Assembly: GCA_963693055.1 (NCBI GenBank)
Contig: OY843751.1
Span: 4,448,001 to 4,512,000 of the forward strand
Reading direction: 5' to 3'
DNA from: a bacterium
GTDB lineage: Bacteria > Zhuqueibacterota > Zhuqueibacteria > Residuimicrobiales > Krinioviventaceae
Length of the DNA stretch: 64,000 bases
Positions 40,449 to 51,454 of this stretch are shown piece after piece. A program made the position numbers and the translations under genes. Under the pieces are notes generated by a model. That model worked only from the letters and a program-made list of their open reading frames with translations, was not told the DNA's origin and ran no database searches. Positions within the stretch are counted from its first letter, which is position 1. Every line of letters starts with the position of its first letter.

Positions 40449-41366
40449 TCATCCCAGTTTTGCCTGGGCATTTGCAATCATTTCATTAAACAGAGCAAGC
40501 TGTTCCTGCATTGCAACAACCCGATCTGCAGGTTCGGTACGGGCTTCTAATAAAAGATAACCTTTATAATCCATGGCAACAAACAGATCCATCAACTGCT
40601 GGTATGGATAATCACCCACGTTCAGTTCACGAATATGCACAGTATCACCGAAATCTTTTTTCAACAGGTTGAAATTATATTCCAAACCCTGTCCTTCAAG
40701 ATCTTGCTCATTACAGTTCCAGCACATGAAAACATTGGGTTGATCAACATGATCAAAAATAGCTCTCATGTTAACAGGTTTTTGAGTCAAACGGCCATGT
40801 ACTTCAACACGGATTTTCTGTCCATAATCAGCAGCGTATTTACCTATAGTATTCAGAGATTTGCCAATTTGTTCAATTGTTTTTTCTGCAGGTACTTCTT
40901 CGGGTAAAAAGTTGGGTTTAACTTTAACACCGGTTGCGCCAATGTCATGACACAATTTGATCAATTCATATGTACCTTCAATATTTTCCTTTAATTTAGC
41001 AGGATCAGGTGAATGATATTCCTGGTTAGAACCATAGCCTACACATACAACCGGGCTGTCAGCAAACCGTTTTTTCACTTCTTCTCTTTCAGCCGCAGAT
41101 AAAGTAGGTTCAACACCATGCGCATGATGTGTACGCAATTCAACAGAAGAAAATTTTGCTGTTTCACAATTTGCAATCAATGTAGGTAAATCCCAATCTT
41201 TACCCCATTGATAGGTTACCAAACCCAACTCCATACCTGCACCCGGTTTAACAATAGTTTTTGTTGAACATGCAGTCATAGAGCCGGCAGCTACCATACC
41301 CAATCCGGCAATTGATGTTTTTGCCAGAAAATCTCTACGTGACAATGAATCCTTTTTATTGATCAT
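40449..41366 (-). CDS. Sugar-phosphate isomerase/epimerase (xylose isomerase-like TIM barrel), Tat signal
   Basis: SRRDFL; VELR, EVHG, VHIREL, LLE motifs. Confidence 0.8.
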   Translation of the reverse strand: MINKKDSLSRRDFLAKTSIAGLGMVAAGSMTACSTKTIVKPGAGMELGLVTYQWGKDWDLPTLIANCETAKFSSVELRTHHAHGVEPTLSAAEREEVKKRFADSPVVCVGYGSNQEYHSPDPAKLKENIEGTYELIKLCHDIGATGVKVKPNFLPEEVPAEKTIEQIGKSLNTIGKYAADYGQKIRVEVHGRLTQKPVNMRAIFDHVDQPNVFMCWNCNEQDLEGQGLEYNFNLLKKDFGDTVHIRELNVGDYPYQQLMDLFVAMDYKGYLLLEARTEPADRVVAMQEQLALFNEMIANAQAKLG

Positions 41367-41491
41367 CCTTTCCTCCACAAAAATTTTCAGCCTCTATAAA
41401 AAAAAATTGTATTCAAACACTAAATTAATATACTAAAAAAAATAATAAATGCACCATTTTTTTGAACCGGTTCAGAAAACTACTGGTATTA

Positions 41492-42934
41492 TTATTCAAA
41501 TTTAAATGAATATATATCTGCGTCTTTGAAAACAAACCGTATTCGAACAGGCTTTCCCTGCAGTGCTTTTAATTGCGCATCGTCTTTCCAACTTATTGTT
41601 CGTTTTGTTTCATTACCAATAATGGTTTGGCAATCTTCCAGTGCAAGTCCCTGAACAGGCTTTCCGCTTTCATCCTGAATCTCTATCCGGATCTCTCCTG
41701 CTGCCGATGTTGAATAATTTAACTCCAGCTTACTGCCCTCAAAGATCAAAGGTTTGGTAATAAACTCTGCTCCCTCATATGGGGCCTCAATCGAACTGAA
41801 ACCATCCAGACGCATGGAATAACGATGTATGTTCGCTGTGGGTTGAGCATAATTTTGGTTCACATACACAGACATTTCATTTTCGCCGGTCTGAACGATA
41901 TTTAATACAGGATAATTGGAACGGGACACCCAATTCTCAAATCCAATTCCGGGACGAATAAAAGATTCCATAAATGTACGGTCATACACACTCCCACCGC
42001 GCGAAGTCATAAATATTGCATCTGAACAGTCTTTATAATATTTGGGATCCACATTGAATGCCTGCGCCTGCTCTTGTGTCAAAACCTGCTTATTAGGCAT
42101 AAAGCGCGCTCCAATAGCAACATAAAGATGTGGTGCCCTGAAATAAGGGCTGGTTTGCTGTGTATAAAGATGTTCATATGGCGTATCACCAAAAGTCATA
42201 GCTGTGGGTTCGGTCCAGTTGATAAAATCTTTAGATGTGGTGCGGCTCACAGATCGAAAACCCTTATATCCCTCACCTGTCCATTCCCGAAAATAGAGCA
42301 CATAACAGTGTTCGCTTTCTGACCAAAACACAACATTCTGCGAATCAAACTTGCCGTCACTGAAAACAGGTTCATTTTGTAATTTTTCCCAATGGATCCC
42401 ATCCTTTGACACATACGGAATCATACCGCTTTTACTGGTTCCACCCAGGGCTTTATAACGCTGATTTTCATCGCAATTGGGATTGGCATCCCAAAAGGGA
42501 CTAAAGTTATGCGTCACTGGTGCGGCATTGAACAAAATCACATTATTCTTTCGGGTACCATGAATTTCATAAATCCCCAGATCCGGTTTGGTCCAGTTTA
42601 TACCGTCTTTGGATTCAGCGTAACAGGTTGTCTCAAGATCAGATCCATCCTTTCCCGCTATTGGCAGGCCTCTGTAATACAACTGATACAAACCATTCTG
42701 ATGTATGATTGTGCAATACCCGCAAAACGCACCTTCCCAGGGATAATCAAATTGTAGCACCGGACCTTCATCATGCGGAGCATGCATAACCAGCTTGCAA
42801 TTTTCCATACTCTCAATGAGATAATGGTCAACAAACAATTCCCGTTTATCCAAAACTTGCAAAGGCTGGGCTGTCAGATTGTGGATTATAGTAAAAATCA
42901 GTAGAATGATTATATGACAAGCAGACCGAATCAT
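41492..42934 (-). CDS. Secreted 5-bladed beta-propeller glycoside hydrolase-like protein
   Basis: RELFVD, YAESKDGINW, SKDGIHW, FDSQN, RLDGF, ADIYSF. Confidence 0.7.
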   Translation of the reverse strand: MIRSACHIIILLIFTIIHNLTAQPLQVLDKRELFVDHYLIESMENCKLVMHAPHDEGPVLQFDYPWEGAFCGYCTIIHQNGLYQLYYRGLPIAGKDGSDLETTCYAESKDGINWTKPDLGIYEIHGTRKNNVILFNAAPVTHNFSPFWDANPNCDENQRYKALGGTSKSGMIPYVSKDGIHWEKLQNEPVFSDGKFDSQNVVFWSESEHCYVLYFREWTGEGYKGFRSVSRTTSKDFINWTEPTAMTFGDTPYEHLYTQQTSPYFRAPHLYVAIGARFMPNKQVLTQEQAQAFNVDPKYYKDCSDAIFMTSRGGSVYDRTFMESFIRPGIGFENWVSRSNYPVLNIVQTGENEMSVYVNQNYAQPTANIHRYSMRLDGFSSIEAPYEGAEFITKPLIFEGSKLELNYSTSAAGEIRIEIQDESGKPVQGLALEDCQTIIGNETKRTISWKDDAQLKALQGKPVRIRFVFKDADIYSFKFE

Positions 42935-43042
42935 AAAAAACCGCCCTCCAAACGTATGGGTTCTAATTTATAATTAAAATGAATATCAGTCTAGTATAAG
43001 TACAAGGGGTGAACAAATCAAGGACAAAATCAAAACAGAAAT

Positions 43043-43070
43043 AAAACGGCCAACAATTGTTGACCGTTTT
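43043..43070 (-). terminator. Intrinsic terminator
   Basis: aaaa-cggccaaca-at-tgttgaccg-tttt downstream of the DUF3857 gene. Confidence 0.65.
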
Positions 43071-43084
43071 CAGATTGCATCAAT

Positions 43085-45056
43085 TTATAAATGCTTCATA
43101 ACCATGTTTTCTTCATTAGATTCAGCAATCAGTTTGTGGATGTTGCGATAGTATTCGTACTGCAATACATCTATGCTATAACTTTTAAGAGCAAAATTTC
43201 TTTCAAGCTTTATTGTGCCGGGTTCTTCTACACCAACTCTGACTTTAAAAGAAGAAATTTTATAATCTTGATTGAATACCTTGCACGCAGTTTCAAGTTT
43301 GTATTCATTTGGATTATAATGGAGCGTACATTCATCAACTGTTTGACTGGGATAATCAAAATCTAAAAAGTAATGACGTCTTTCATCAGGCAACACATCC
43401 AGATCTGATTCAAGATTAAATATAAATGGCTTAAAAAATTTGCAAATCACCTGCTCTTGAACCCATTCTAGAACGTTCAAAATCAAACTCTATCACAAAA
43501 TCATTGTCAATAATGTTAGCATCGTCATATACCAGGTTGGTTACAGTCATATCCGGTACATTGCTATTGACATAACGTTCAATAATTTTTTTCATATCTG
43601 TTTCATTAGCATTTTTTAACAGAGACCGCATTGCAAGATTTTCGTTTCCCGAGAATGTCAAAACTGCATGACCACTTGTGCTTCCATCTGCCTTTAGGTA
43701 TAAATCAACCTGTCGTTTTTGCAGATTTTGGTTAAATGCACTGGGAGGAACATGGATAAATTCTGATTTTCCATTTTTATAGATCACCAGACCATCTACA
43801 TCTTCATCTGATGCATAGATTTCACCAACGGGGCAAGAGCTACCCGTTGCATCAAGCCAGTATTCATCGCCATTTGCAGCTTTAACAAAAGTAATCATGT
43901 GATTAAAATCCATACTGATAACCTTGGGATTCCGGGTACACCGTCCTCTTGTACTCAGCAATGCAGGAAATGCGTCAATACCGCAGGCGTTAAGCAATAA
44001 AACATTTAAAACGGTCATATCTTTACAATCGCCATACTGGTTCTTTAATATATCTTGCGCGCTATTGGGAATATAGCCCCCATCACCAAAATTTGTTTCA
44101 ATATATCTAAATTTTTCCTGAGTAAAGGCAAAAATACGGGCAATTTTATCTTTCTCATTTTCAGCACCCTGGGTCAATTTCTCTGCCAGCGCTACAACTT
44201 CCGGATGTCCTTTAATAGAAAAATATGGTTTGATACGTTTCCAATAATTGGCTGACCATTCGTTCCAGCTTTCATACTCTACATCAAATCTTGCAAATTG
44301 AGCAATATCCCGATAAGGTGGACGATAAGATTCTTTTTCAAGAGCAGGCACATCTCTACGTTCCCACGTGTATATGCAAGCTCTGTTTAAATTAGAATTC
44401 TGTGTTGCAATATTTTTAATAATTTTGGGTCTTTCCAGCTCTGTATTAATGCCCGAGTAATACCAGTTCAATTTTGCTATAAAAAATATATCCGGTATAT
44501 CTATCTGATAACGGGTATATAATTTAGGCAGCGATTGCTGTATATACCAGGTATCTCCACTGTAAAACGATTCATGTATATTGACTGAATAGTTATATTC
44601 CAAAATAGCACCCGGCTCCACACCCGGGAATGTAAATTTAACGGATTTATCTTCACTCAGCTCATTAAAACCACTATTTGATGCTGGAAACAGATCTTTT
44701 TCAGTAAGCTTTAACACTTTACCATCAGGGCTGGTTGTAGTAGCAGAAAAACTCAAAAGCGTTCTGTTGTCATCTAAATATATTGTTTCAGTAGCCCAGC
44801 TTTCAGCTTTATCACTAAAATAGACAACAGCCTGTTGATAATTCTTTTTTATAAAAAATTCGTAATTCGAATCAAGGCCCAACTTGACATCCGTAGCTTC
44901 ATATAAAACGACGCCGCCAACATCCGGATAATCTGCTTGTTTGGGAATAGTGTTTTGCCCGGAAATTTCCAACATTTTGTTTACGGAAATGCCAGAACCG
45001 CCACAGCTCAAAAAAACAAAACCAGTCAACACAAGTAATAACAACACATTTCTCAT
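43085..45056 (-). pseudogene. DUF3857/transglutaminase lipoprotein split by a +1 frameshift in a T6 run (ORFs 43431-45056 and 43085-43486)
   Basis: YGDCKD, FNHMI and WLDAT triad; removing one T at 43433-43438 gives ...DLQIF-KPFIFN..., a continuous 656-aa ORF. Confidence 0.8.
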
Positions 45057-45354
45057 GAGATACCCTTTTTGATGAGTTCAACCAGACTGCATAGAAAAAA
45101 TATTCAAGTTACAATTTTAAAAAAAATATTGTTAATAATAAATCTTGTGGCCCCTTAAATGGGAATACCTGAAACACTCCACCTGCTGTTTCAGGTTAAA
45201 TAATATACTTAAATTTTTACATATTTCATAATACAATACAAATCAAATTCAGCTTTGCGTATTATTTTCATATAATTCAATCCCTTGAAATAAATATCAA
45301 AATCAGTATTGTTGTATTAAACGGATTGAAAAAGGATCCTTAACAGGAGCAACT

Positions 45355-46464
45355 ATGAAAAAAAAAGTTTTTATTTTATTTTTAATAACAATCAGCGGGC
45401 TCTCTTTTGCTCAAGATATTGTTCATCCCCTATCTATTGGCTCTTCTGCGCCGGATTTCTCACTACCGGGAGTAGATGGGAAATTATGGTCATTAAAAGA
45501 TTTTAACCAATCTGACATACTGGTTGTCATATTTACCTGCAATCACTGCCCCACGGCCCAGGCCTATGAACAACGGATTATCAATCTGGTAAATAATTAC
45601 AAATCCCAAAACGTTGCCTTTGTTGCCATCTCTCCCAATGACCCTCTTGCCATTAGGCTCGACGAACTCGGTTATACCGACCTGAACGATGACTTTGACG
45701 CAATGAAAATCCGTGCAAAGGAACGCGGATTCAACTTTCCCTACTTGTATGATGGCGATGAGCAAAAAGTATCCAAACAGTTTGGCCCTACGGCTACACC
45801 TCATGTATTTATTTTCAACAAATCCCGCAAACTGGTCTATCAGGGCCGTATAGACAATGCTGAAAAATCAGCCAAAATAACAATCCGAGACACGCGCAAT
45901 GCGCTTGACGCGTTATTAAAAGGCAAACCCGCTCCGGTCGAAAGCACAAAAACATTTGGGTGTTCTATAAAATGGGCAGACAAACGCTCATCTGTTACAA
46001 AAGCACAGCAGGCATGGGAACAGGAAAAAGCCGAAATATCACCAATATCACTGCAAGAGATTGCAGAGTTAATGAAAAATCCGTCTGAGGATTATATCCT
46101 GCTAAACATGTGGGCAACCTGGTGCGGTCCTTGTGTTGTGGAATTACCCGTTCTGGTAGACCTTCACCGCATGTACCGTAACCGTAGTTTCAAATTAATT
46201 ACAATAAGTGTGGATGACATGAACAACCGTGAAAGGGCGCATAGATTTTTACAGAACAGACAGGCATCTATGACGAATTATATATCAGAATCTGACAACA
46301 TTTATAAATTAATTGAAATTGTTGATCCCCAATGGCAGGGAGCTATACCGTATACTGTACTTATTGCACCCGGAGGAGAGATTGTATACAGACATAGCGG
46401 GATAATAGATGAAACTCTGGAAATAAAACGTGAAATTGTAAACAAGTTGGGAAGAACCTATTAA
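45355..46464 (+). CDS. Secreted two-domain redoxin (AhpC/TSA-like + TlpA thioredoxin)
   Basis: FTCNHCP, YQGRID, GCSIKW; NMWATWCGPC. Confidence 0.88.
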   Translation: MKKKVFILFLITISGLSFAQDIVHPLSIGSSAPDFSLPGVDGKLWSLKDFNQSDILVVIFTCNHCPTAQAYEQRIINLVNNYKSQNVAFVAISPNDPLAIRLDELGYTDLNDDFDAMKIRAKERGFNFPYLYDGDEQKVSKQFGPTATPHVFIFNKSRKLVYQGRIDNAEKSAKITIRDTRNALDALLKGKPAPVESTKTFGCSIKWADKRSSVTKAQQAWEQEKAEISPISLQEIAELMKNPSEDYILLNMWATWCGPCVVELPVLVDLHRMYRNRSFKLITISVDDMNNRERAHRFLQNRQASMTNYISESDNIYKLIEIVDPQWQGAIPYTVLIAPGGEIVYRHSGIIDETLEIKREIVNKLGRTY

Positions 46465-46557
46465 ACCTGTCACAACAGACTTGGATAATTTGTAAAAAAT
46501 TTTATATTTCAAACTGAAAGAGTAATCAACAAATAAAAAAATAAACTTGGAGTAAAC

Positions 46558-46773
46558 ATGTCAAACGGTAATGTATACGGAAAAATGGAACTAACAGGTA
46601 CATCCCCTGAAGGTATTGAAAAAGCTGTTCAGGTAGCACTAGATAAAGCAGCAGAAAAAGTAAAACATATCCGCTGGTTTGAAGTAGTAGAAACACGCGG
46701 CTATGTTGAAGAAAACAATGTGGCTTACTGGCAGGTAACAATCAAAGTTGGCTACAATTTGGAAGATTTCTAA
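46558..46773 (+). CDS. Dodecin (flavin-binding)
   Basis: VYGKMELTGTS...WFEVVETRG...WQVTIKVG. Confidence 0.92.
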   Translation: MSNGNVYGKMELTGTSPEGIEKAVQVALDKAAEKVKHIRWFEVVETRGYVEENNVAYWQVTIKVGYNLEDF

Positions 46774-46775
46774 AC

Positions 46776-46811
46776 AAAAAAGCCCCGGGTGATTTACCCG
46801 GGGCTTTTTTT
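46776..46811. terminator. Bidirectional intrinsic terminator
   Basis: aaaaaa-gccccgggt-gattt-acccggggc-tttttt. Confidence 0.85.
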
Positions 46812-48156
46812 ACTTTCTCTCATTCAAGGGAACATATTTGTGAAATTCCCCGACATGCTTGTATGCAGGACGAATAATACGGTTCCCATTCATCAATTCT
46901 TCAATTCGATGCGAACACCAACCCACAACTCTTGCCATAGCAAAAAGTGGTGTATATATTTCTTTGGGGAATCCCAAAAGATCATATACAAATCCAGAAT
47001 AAAAATCAACATTGGGTGAAATCACCTTTGAAGATCCTTTTAACTCCTGGAACAATGCCGGTGTTAATTGCTCTATAGAATCATAAAGATAAAACTCGTC
47101 ACTTCTGCCTTTTGCCTCGGCAAGTTCTTTGGCTTTTTGTTTTAGTATAATAGCACGGGGATCAGATTTTGTATAAACTGCATGGCCCATACCATAAACC
47201 AAGCCTTGGCCGTCATGAGCTTCTTTGTTAAGTATCTTTGTCAGATAGGCTTTTACCTCATCCTGATCATCCCATTTTTTCACATTCTCTTTAATATTGT
47301 TCAGCATATCCATAACATACGAGTTTGCCGCACCGTGCAGAGGGCCTTTCAAAGAGCCAACAGCGGCAGATATTGCTGAATATGTATCGGTATGACTGGA
47401 AGTAACCACATGGGTAGTAAATGTTGAATTGTTACCACCACCATGGTCAGCATGAAGAACCAAAGCCAGATCCAGCAAATCAGCTTCAAGCTGGGTATAA
47501 GATTTATCGGGACGCAGCATGGATAAAAAGTTCTCCGCACAGCACAAATCAGAATTTGGGGGGTGAACAATCAAAGTTTCTCCATGAAGCTTGTGACGCA
47601 GAGCCTGATAAGAATATGCAATAATAACTGCAAATTTTGCAATTAAATTGATAGACTGATAAATCACATTTGGGATGGATATATCATCAGGATTTTTATC
47701 TAAACCATAAAGCACCAGAATCACACGCTGCAATTTATTCATCACACTGGGACTCGGGAATTGCAAAATGGTCAACTCGTTCAATCTGGGAGGCAATGGT
47801 ACAAGGGGATTTATGACTTCCCGAAATGCGGCCAATTCTTCTTCATTTGGTAAATAACCAAATAATAACAAATAAGCAACTTCGGTAAATCCGTGGCGTT
47901 TTTCCTGCTGTATGCCATTAGCAATATCCTGAATACTGATTCCCCGATAATACAATTCACCATCAACAGGAACAACTTCTTCATCTACTACTTTGAATCC
48001 AATAACACTTGAAATCTTTGTCAGACCAACAAGAACACCAGAACCATCGTCATTTCGTAATCCACGCTTTACAGAAAATTTGGTATACAAATCTCTGTCG
48101 ATAAGCACATTATTTTCGATTTTCTTGGAGACATGCTCAATAAAATCTGTTTTCAT
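46810..48156 (-). CDS. gltA: Citrate synthase
   Basis: LHADHGGGNNST, GPLHGAAN, GMGHAVY..SDPR, PNVDFYSG, RIIRP. Confidence 0.93.
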   Translation of the reverse strand: MKTDFIEHVSKKIENNVLIDRDLYTKFSVKRGLRNDDGSGVLVGLTKISSVIGFKVVDEEVVPVDGELYYRGISIQDIANGIQQEKRHGFTEVAYLLLFGYLPNEEELAAFREVINPLVPLPPRLNELTILQFPSPSVMNKLQRVILVLYGLDKNPDDISIPNVIYQSINLIAKFAVIIAYSYQALRHKLHGETLIVHPPNSDLCCAENFLSMLRPDKSYTQLEADLLDLALVLHADHGGGNNSTFTTHVVTSSHTDTYSAISAAVGSLKGPLHGAANSYVMDMLNNIKENVKKWDDQDEVKAYLTKILNKEAHDGQGLVYGMGHAVYTKSDPRAIILKQKAKELAEAKGRSDEFYLYDSIEQLTPALFQELKGSSKVISPNVDFYSGFVYDLLGFPKEIYTPLFAMARVVGWCSHRIEELMNGNRIIRPAYKHVGEFHKYVPLNERK

Positions 48157-48271
48157 GGTTTCCTCCCAATGATTTATCCCTTTTATATCAATGTATTATA
48201 GATTGCCATACAAAGCAATATTAAAATTAAAAAATTGCAGAAAAAACGAAATGTGAGTAAAACCACTCTTT

Positions 48272-48301
48272 AAAAAAGGGTCCGTGAAACACGGACCCTT
48301 T
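48272..48301 (-). terminator. Intrinsic terminator after lpdA
   Basis: aaaaaa-gggtccgtg-aaa-cacggaccc-ttt. Confidence 0.8.
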
Positions 48302-48309
48302 ATATTTTT

Positions 48310-49728
48310 TTATTTTCTTTTGGGTCGATAGACATGAGTACTGGTACCAAACAGCATTTCCGCTGTTTCCATTACCGTCTCTGAAAGTGTAGGATGTGGA
48401 TGTATGCTGAGTTTCAAGTCTGTTGCATTTGCGGCCATTTCAATCGCAAGAACGCCTTCTGCAATCAATTCACCCGCTCCGGCCCCCACAACGCCCATTC
48501 CAAGCACTCGCTCGGTCTCGGGATCAACAATCAATTTTGTCATACCGTCAAGCCGATCCATAGTAAGCGCCCTTCCCGAGGCAGCCCATGGAAAACGAAA
48601 AACCTGAACATCTCGTTTCTGTTCTTTGGCTTGTGTTTCTGTTAAACCGGCCCAGGCCAGTTCAGGATCTGTAAATACAACTGCAGGTATAGCACGTGGT
48701 TCAAATGTGGCTTTATGCCCTGCTATGGCCTCTACCGCTACATGTCCTTCATGCGAAGCTTTGTGAGCTAGCATAGGTTCACCGGCTATATCACCAATTG
48801 CAAAGATATTGGGTTCGTCGGTTCGGCGTTGTAAATCCACTTTGACAAATCCACGTTCGTCCAGTTGAATCTTTGTATTTTCAAGTCCCAGGTTCTCATT
48901 ATTGGGTCTGCGACCTATTGTCATTAGCACACGATCAAATTTCTGTTCAGGATTTTCGAGTTTTTCTCCTTCAAACTTGACAGATATCTGATTTTTCACT
49001 TCTTTCATCTCAACAACTTTGGTGTTTAACAAAATGGAATCAAATTTCTCTTCTAATCCTTTTTGCAGCACCCTTACCATATCGCGGTCAGCTCCCGGCA
49101 GCAATCCGGATGTCATTTCCACAACCGTAACCTTGCTTCCAAGCGCGGCATAAACGGTGCCCATTTCCAGGCCAATATAACCACCACCTATAACCAGCAA
49201 TTTTTCAGGCACATCCTCAAGTTCCAGCGCACCGGTAGAATCCATCACCCTTGGGGTATCGAGCGAAAGCGACGGAATACTCACAGGCCTGGATCCGGTA
49301 GCCAGTATAGCATATTCAAAATCCATTTTGGATTTTTGGCCATCATTATCAGTAATTTCCAGAGTTGAATTATTTACAAATACAGCACGACCCTGAACAT
49401 GATTAATTTTGCGTTGCTTAACCAGCTGGCCCAGCCCGCCGGTAAGTTTATCTACAACACTTTGTTTCCAGGTTCTCAATTTATCTATATCAATTTTAGG
49501 CGGCTGGAACTCTATGCCCCAGGCCGAAGACTCTTTTGATTCGTTGATTAGTTTGGCCGTATGCAGCAATGCCTTTGAAGGGATACATCCTCTGTACAGA
49601 CATACACCTCCGGGATTCACTGCGGGGTCTACCAATGTAACATCCATTCCCAGGTCAGCAGCCATAAAAGCTGCCGCGTAACCACCGGGTCCGCCTCCAA
49701 TTACTACTACACGTTTGGTGTCACTCAT
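48310..49728 (-). CDS. lpdA: Dihydrolipoyl dehydrogenase (E3)
   Basis: GGGPGGY, GGVCLYRGCIPSK, GGGYIG, HPHPTLSE. Confidence 0.96.
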   Translation of the reverse strand: MSDTKRVVVIGGGPGGYAAAFMAADLGMDVTLVDPAVNPGGVCLYRGCIPSKALLHTAKLINESKESSAWGIEFQPPKIDIDKLRTWKQSVVDKLTGGLGQLVKQRKINHVQGRAVFVNNSTLEITDNDGQKSKMDFEYAILATGSRPVSIPSLSLDTPRVMDSTGALELEDVPEKLLVIGGGYIGLEMGTVYAALGSKVTVVEMTSGLLPGADRDMVRVLQKGLEEKFDSILLNTKVVEMKEVKNQISVKFEGEKLENPEQKFDRVLMTIGRRPNNENLGLENTKIQLDERGFVKVDLQRRTDEPNIFAIGDIAGEPMLAHKASHEGHVAVEAIAGHKATFEPRAIPAVVFTDPELAWAGLTETQAKEQKRDVQVFRFPWAASGRALTMDRLDGMTKLIVDPETERVLGMGVVGAGAGELIAEGVLAIEMAANATDLKLSIHPHPTLSETVMETAEMLFGTSTHVYRPKRK

Positions 49729-49752
49729 TACACTAAATCTCCAGGTTTCAAA

Positions 49753-51408
49753 TTATCCTTCCAAAACGATCTTGAAAGGTTGCTCAATTGCTTCAACCAG
49801 CCAGCGGATAAACCGGGCCCCGTCTGCGCCATCAATCAAACGATGATCATAAGACAGAGACAACGGCAGCATCAAGCGCGGTACAAATTCACCATTCTTG
49901 TAAACAGGCTCATAGTTACCACGTGAAACTCCCAATATGGCAACTTCGGGTGCATTTACAATAGGTGTAAATGCAGTACCACCAATACCGCCCAGATTCG
50001 AGATTGTAAAATTACCTCCCTGCATTTCATCGAGTGATAATTTGCGATCTCTAGCCTTGACTGCAATTTCTGTCAACTCCACTGAAAGATCAACAATATT
50101 CTTTTTATCAACATCCCGAATTACCGGCACCAAAAGTCCGCGATCCGTATCCACAGCCACGCCAAGATTGACATATTTTTTGTACACAACCTGTTTATTT
50201 GCCATATCTACACTGGCATTAAACTGCGGGAACACTTTGAGCGCAGAAGCACAAATTTTCAATAGAATAGCTGTCATGGTCAATTTGCCACCAGCGGCTT
50301 CTGCTTTATTTCCAAATTGCTTGCGCAAAGCTTCAAGTTCGGTAATATCTGCTTTATCAAACTGAGTCACATGCGGTATTGTTGCCCAGGCCGAGCTAAG
50401 GTGCTCTGCTGTTTTTTGTCGTACCTTTGACATGGCCTGACGATCAACCTCGCCCCATTTGCTGAAATCCGGTAATGGAGGTGCAGCAATAACGCCACCG
50501 GTTACCGCGGTTCCACCCTCACGGTATTTCTGATGCAGGGCTTTTGAATGGGCTTTAACATTTTCAACAGATATCCTGCCGCCTTGCCCTGAACCTTTCA
50601 CCTCATTGATATCCACACCAATTTCACGTGCAAAACGACGTACAGAGGGTGCGGCAGGAGCAGGAACACCTGAAGCCGATGGTGAATATTCCGGAATCAA
50701 TGACTTTGCAGATTTTTCTTCTGCCGGAGCCGGTGCCGGGGCTGACTTGGTTTCCGCTTTGGGTTCCGATGCGGGTGCCGTTTTTGCTTTTGCAGGGGCA
50801 GCGCCTGGTGCGGGCGCTCCCGTTGACGAAACTACAAGCAACGCTTGCCCAATTTTCACTTCATCACCGGCTTTAACATTTACAGCAGTAACTTTACCAG
50901 CGGTATCTGCGGGGACTTCAACAACTGCCTTGTCGGTTTCCAGTTCAATAATAGGTTGTTCATTTTCAATTTCATCACCCACAGCAACCAATACATTCGC
51001 TATGGTTCCTGAGGTAATGCCCTCTCCCAGGTCCGGCACTTTGATCTCTACGTCACCTGCGGGACCGCTAGCGGGTTTCGCTTCGGCTTTTGTTTCTGCG
51101 GGCTTTTCCGGTTCAGGTGCTTCAGCCTTTTTTTCAGGTTTTGGTTTTTCTTCTTTTTCAACAGGTGCGGCATCTCCGGACAATTTTATAATGACCTGAC
51201 CTACTTTGACTTCATCACCAGCTTTTGCAAGAATACTTTCAACAGTACCTGCAACTTCAGTGGGAACCTCTACTACTGCTTTGTCCGTCTCTAATTCCAA
51301 TACCGGCTGCTCAACCTCAACGGTATCACCAACTGAAACCAAAAAATTGGCAACCGTACCTGATGCAATACCATCACCTAAATCAGGAATTTTAATTTCT
51401 AAAGACAT
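49753..51408 (-). CDS. aceF: Pyruvate dehydrogenase E2, dihydrolipoamide acetyltransferase (two lipoyl domains)
   Basis: Two ETDKA lipoyl motifs, APSVRR E3-binding domain, DHRLIDG. Confidence 0.95.
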   Translation of the reverse strand: MSLEIKIPDLGDGIASGTVANFLVSVGDTVEVEQPVLELETDKAVVEVPTEVAGTVESILAKAGDEVKVGQVIIKLSGDAAPVEKEEKPKPEKKAEAPEPEKPAETKAEAKPASGPAGDVEIKVPDLGEGITSGTIANVLVAVGDEIENEQPIIELETDKAVVEVPADTAGKVTAVNVKAGDEVKIGQALLVVSSTGAPAPGAAPAKAKTAPASEPKAETKSAPAPAPAEEKSAKSLIPEYSPSASGVPAPAAPSVRRFAREIGVDINEVKGSGQGGRISVENVKAHSKALHQKYREGGTAVTGGVIAAPPLPDFSKWGEVDRQAMSKVRQKTAEHLSSAWATIPHVTQFDKADITELEALRKQFGNKAEAAGGKLTMTAILLKICASALKVFPQFNASVDMANKQVVYKKYVNLGVAVDTDRGLLVPVIRDVDKKNIVDLSVELTEIAVKARDRKLSLDEMQGGNFTISNLGGIGGTAFTPIVNAPEVAILGVSRGNYEPVYKNGEFVPRLMLPLSLSYDHRLIDGADGARFIRWLVEAIEQPFKIVLEG

Positions 51409-51454
51409 TTTCATTTCCTTATATTTTTTACCCGTTAATCATTTACCTGCAAAC

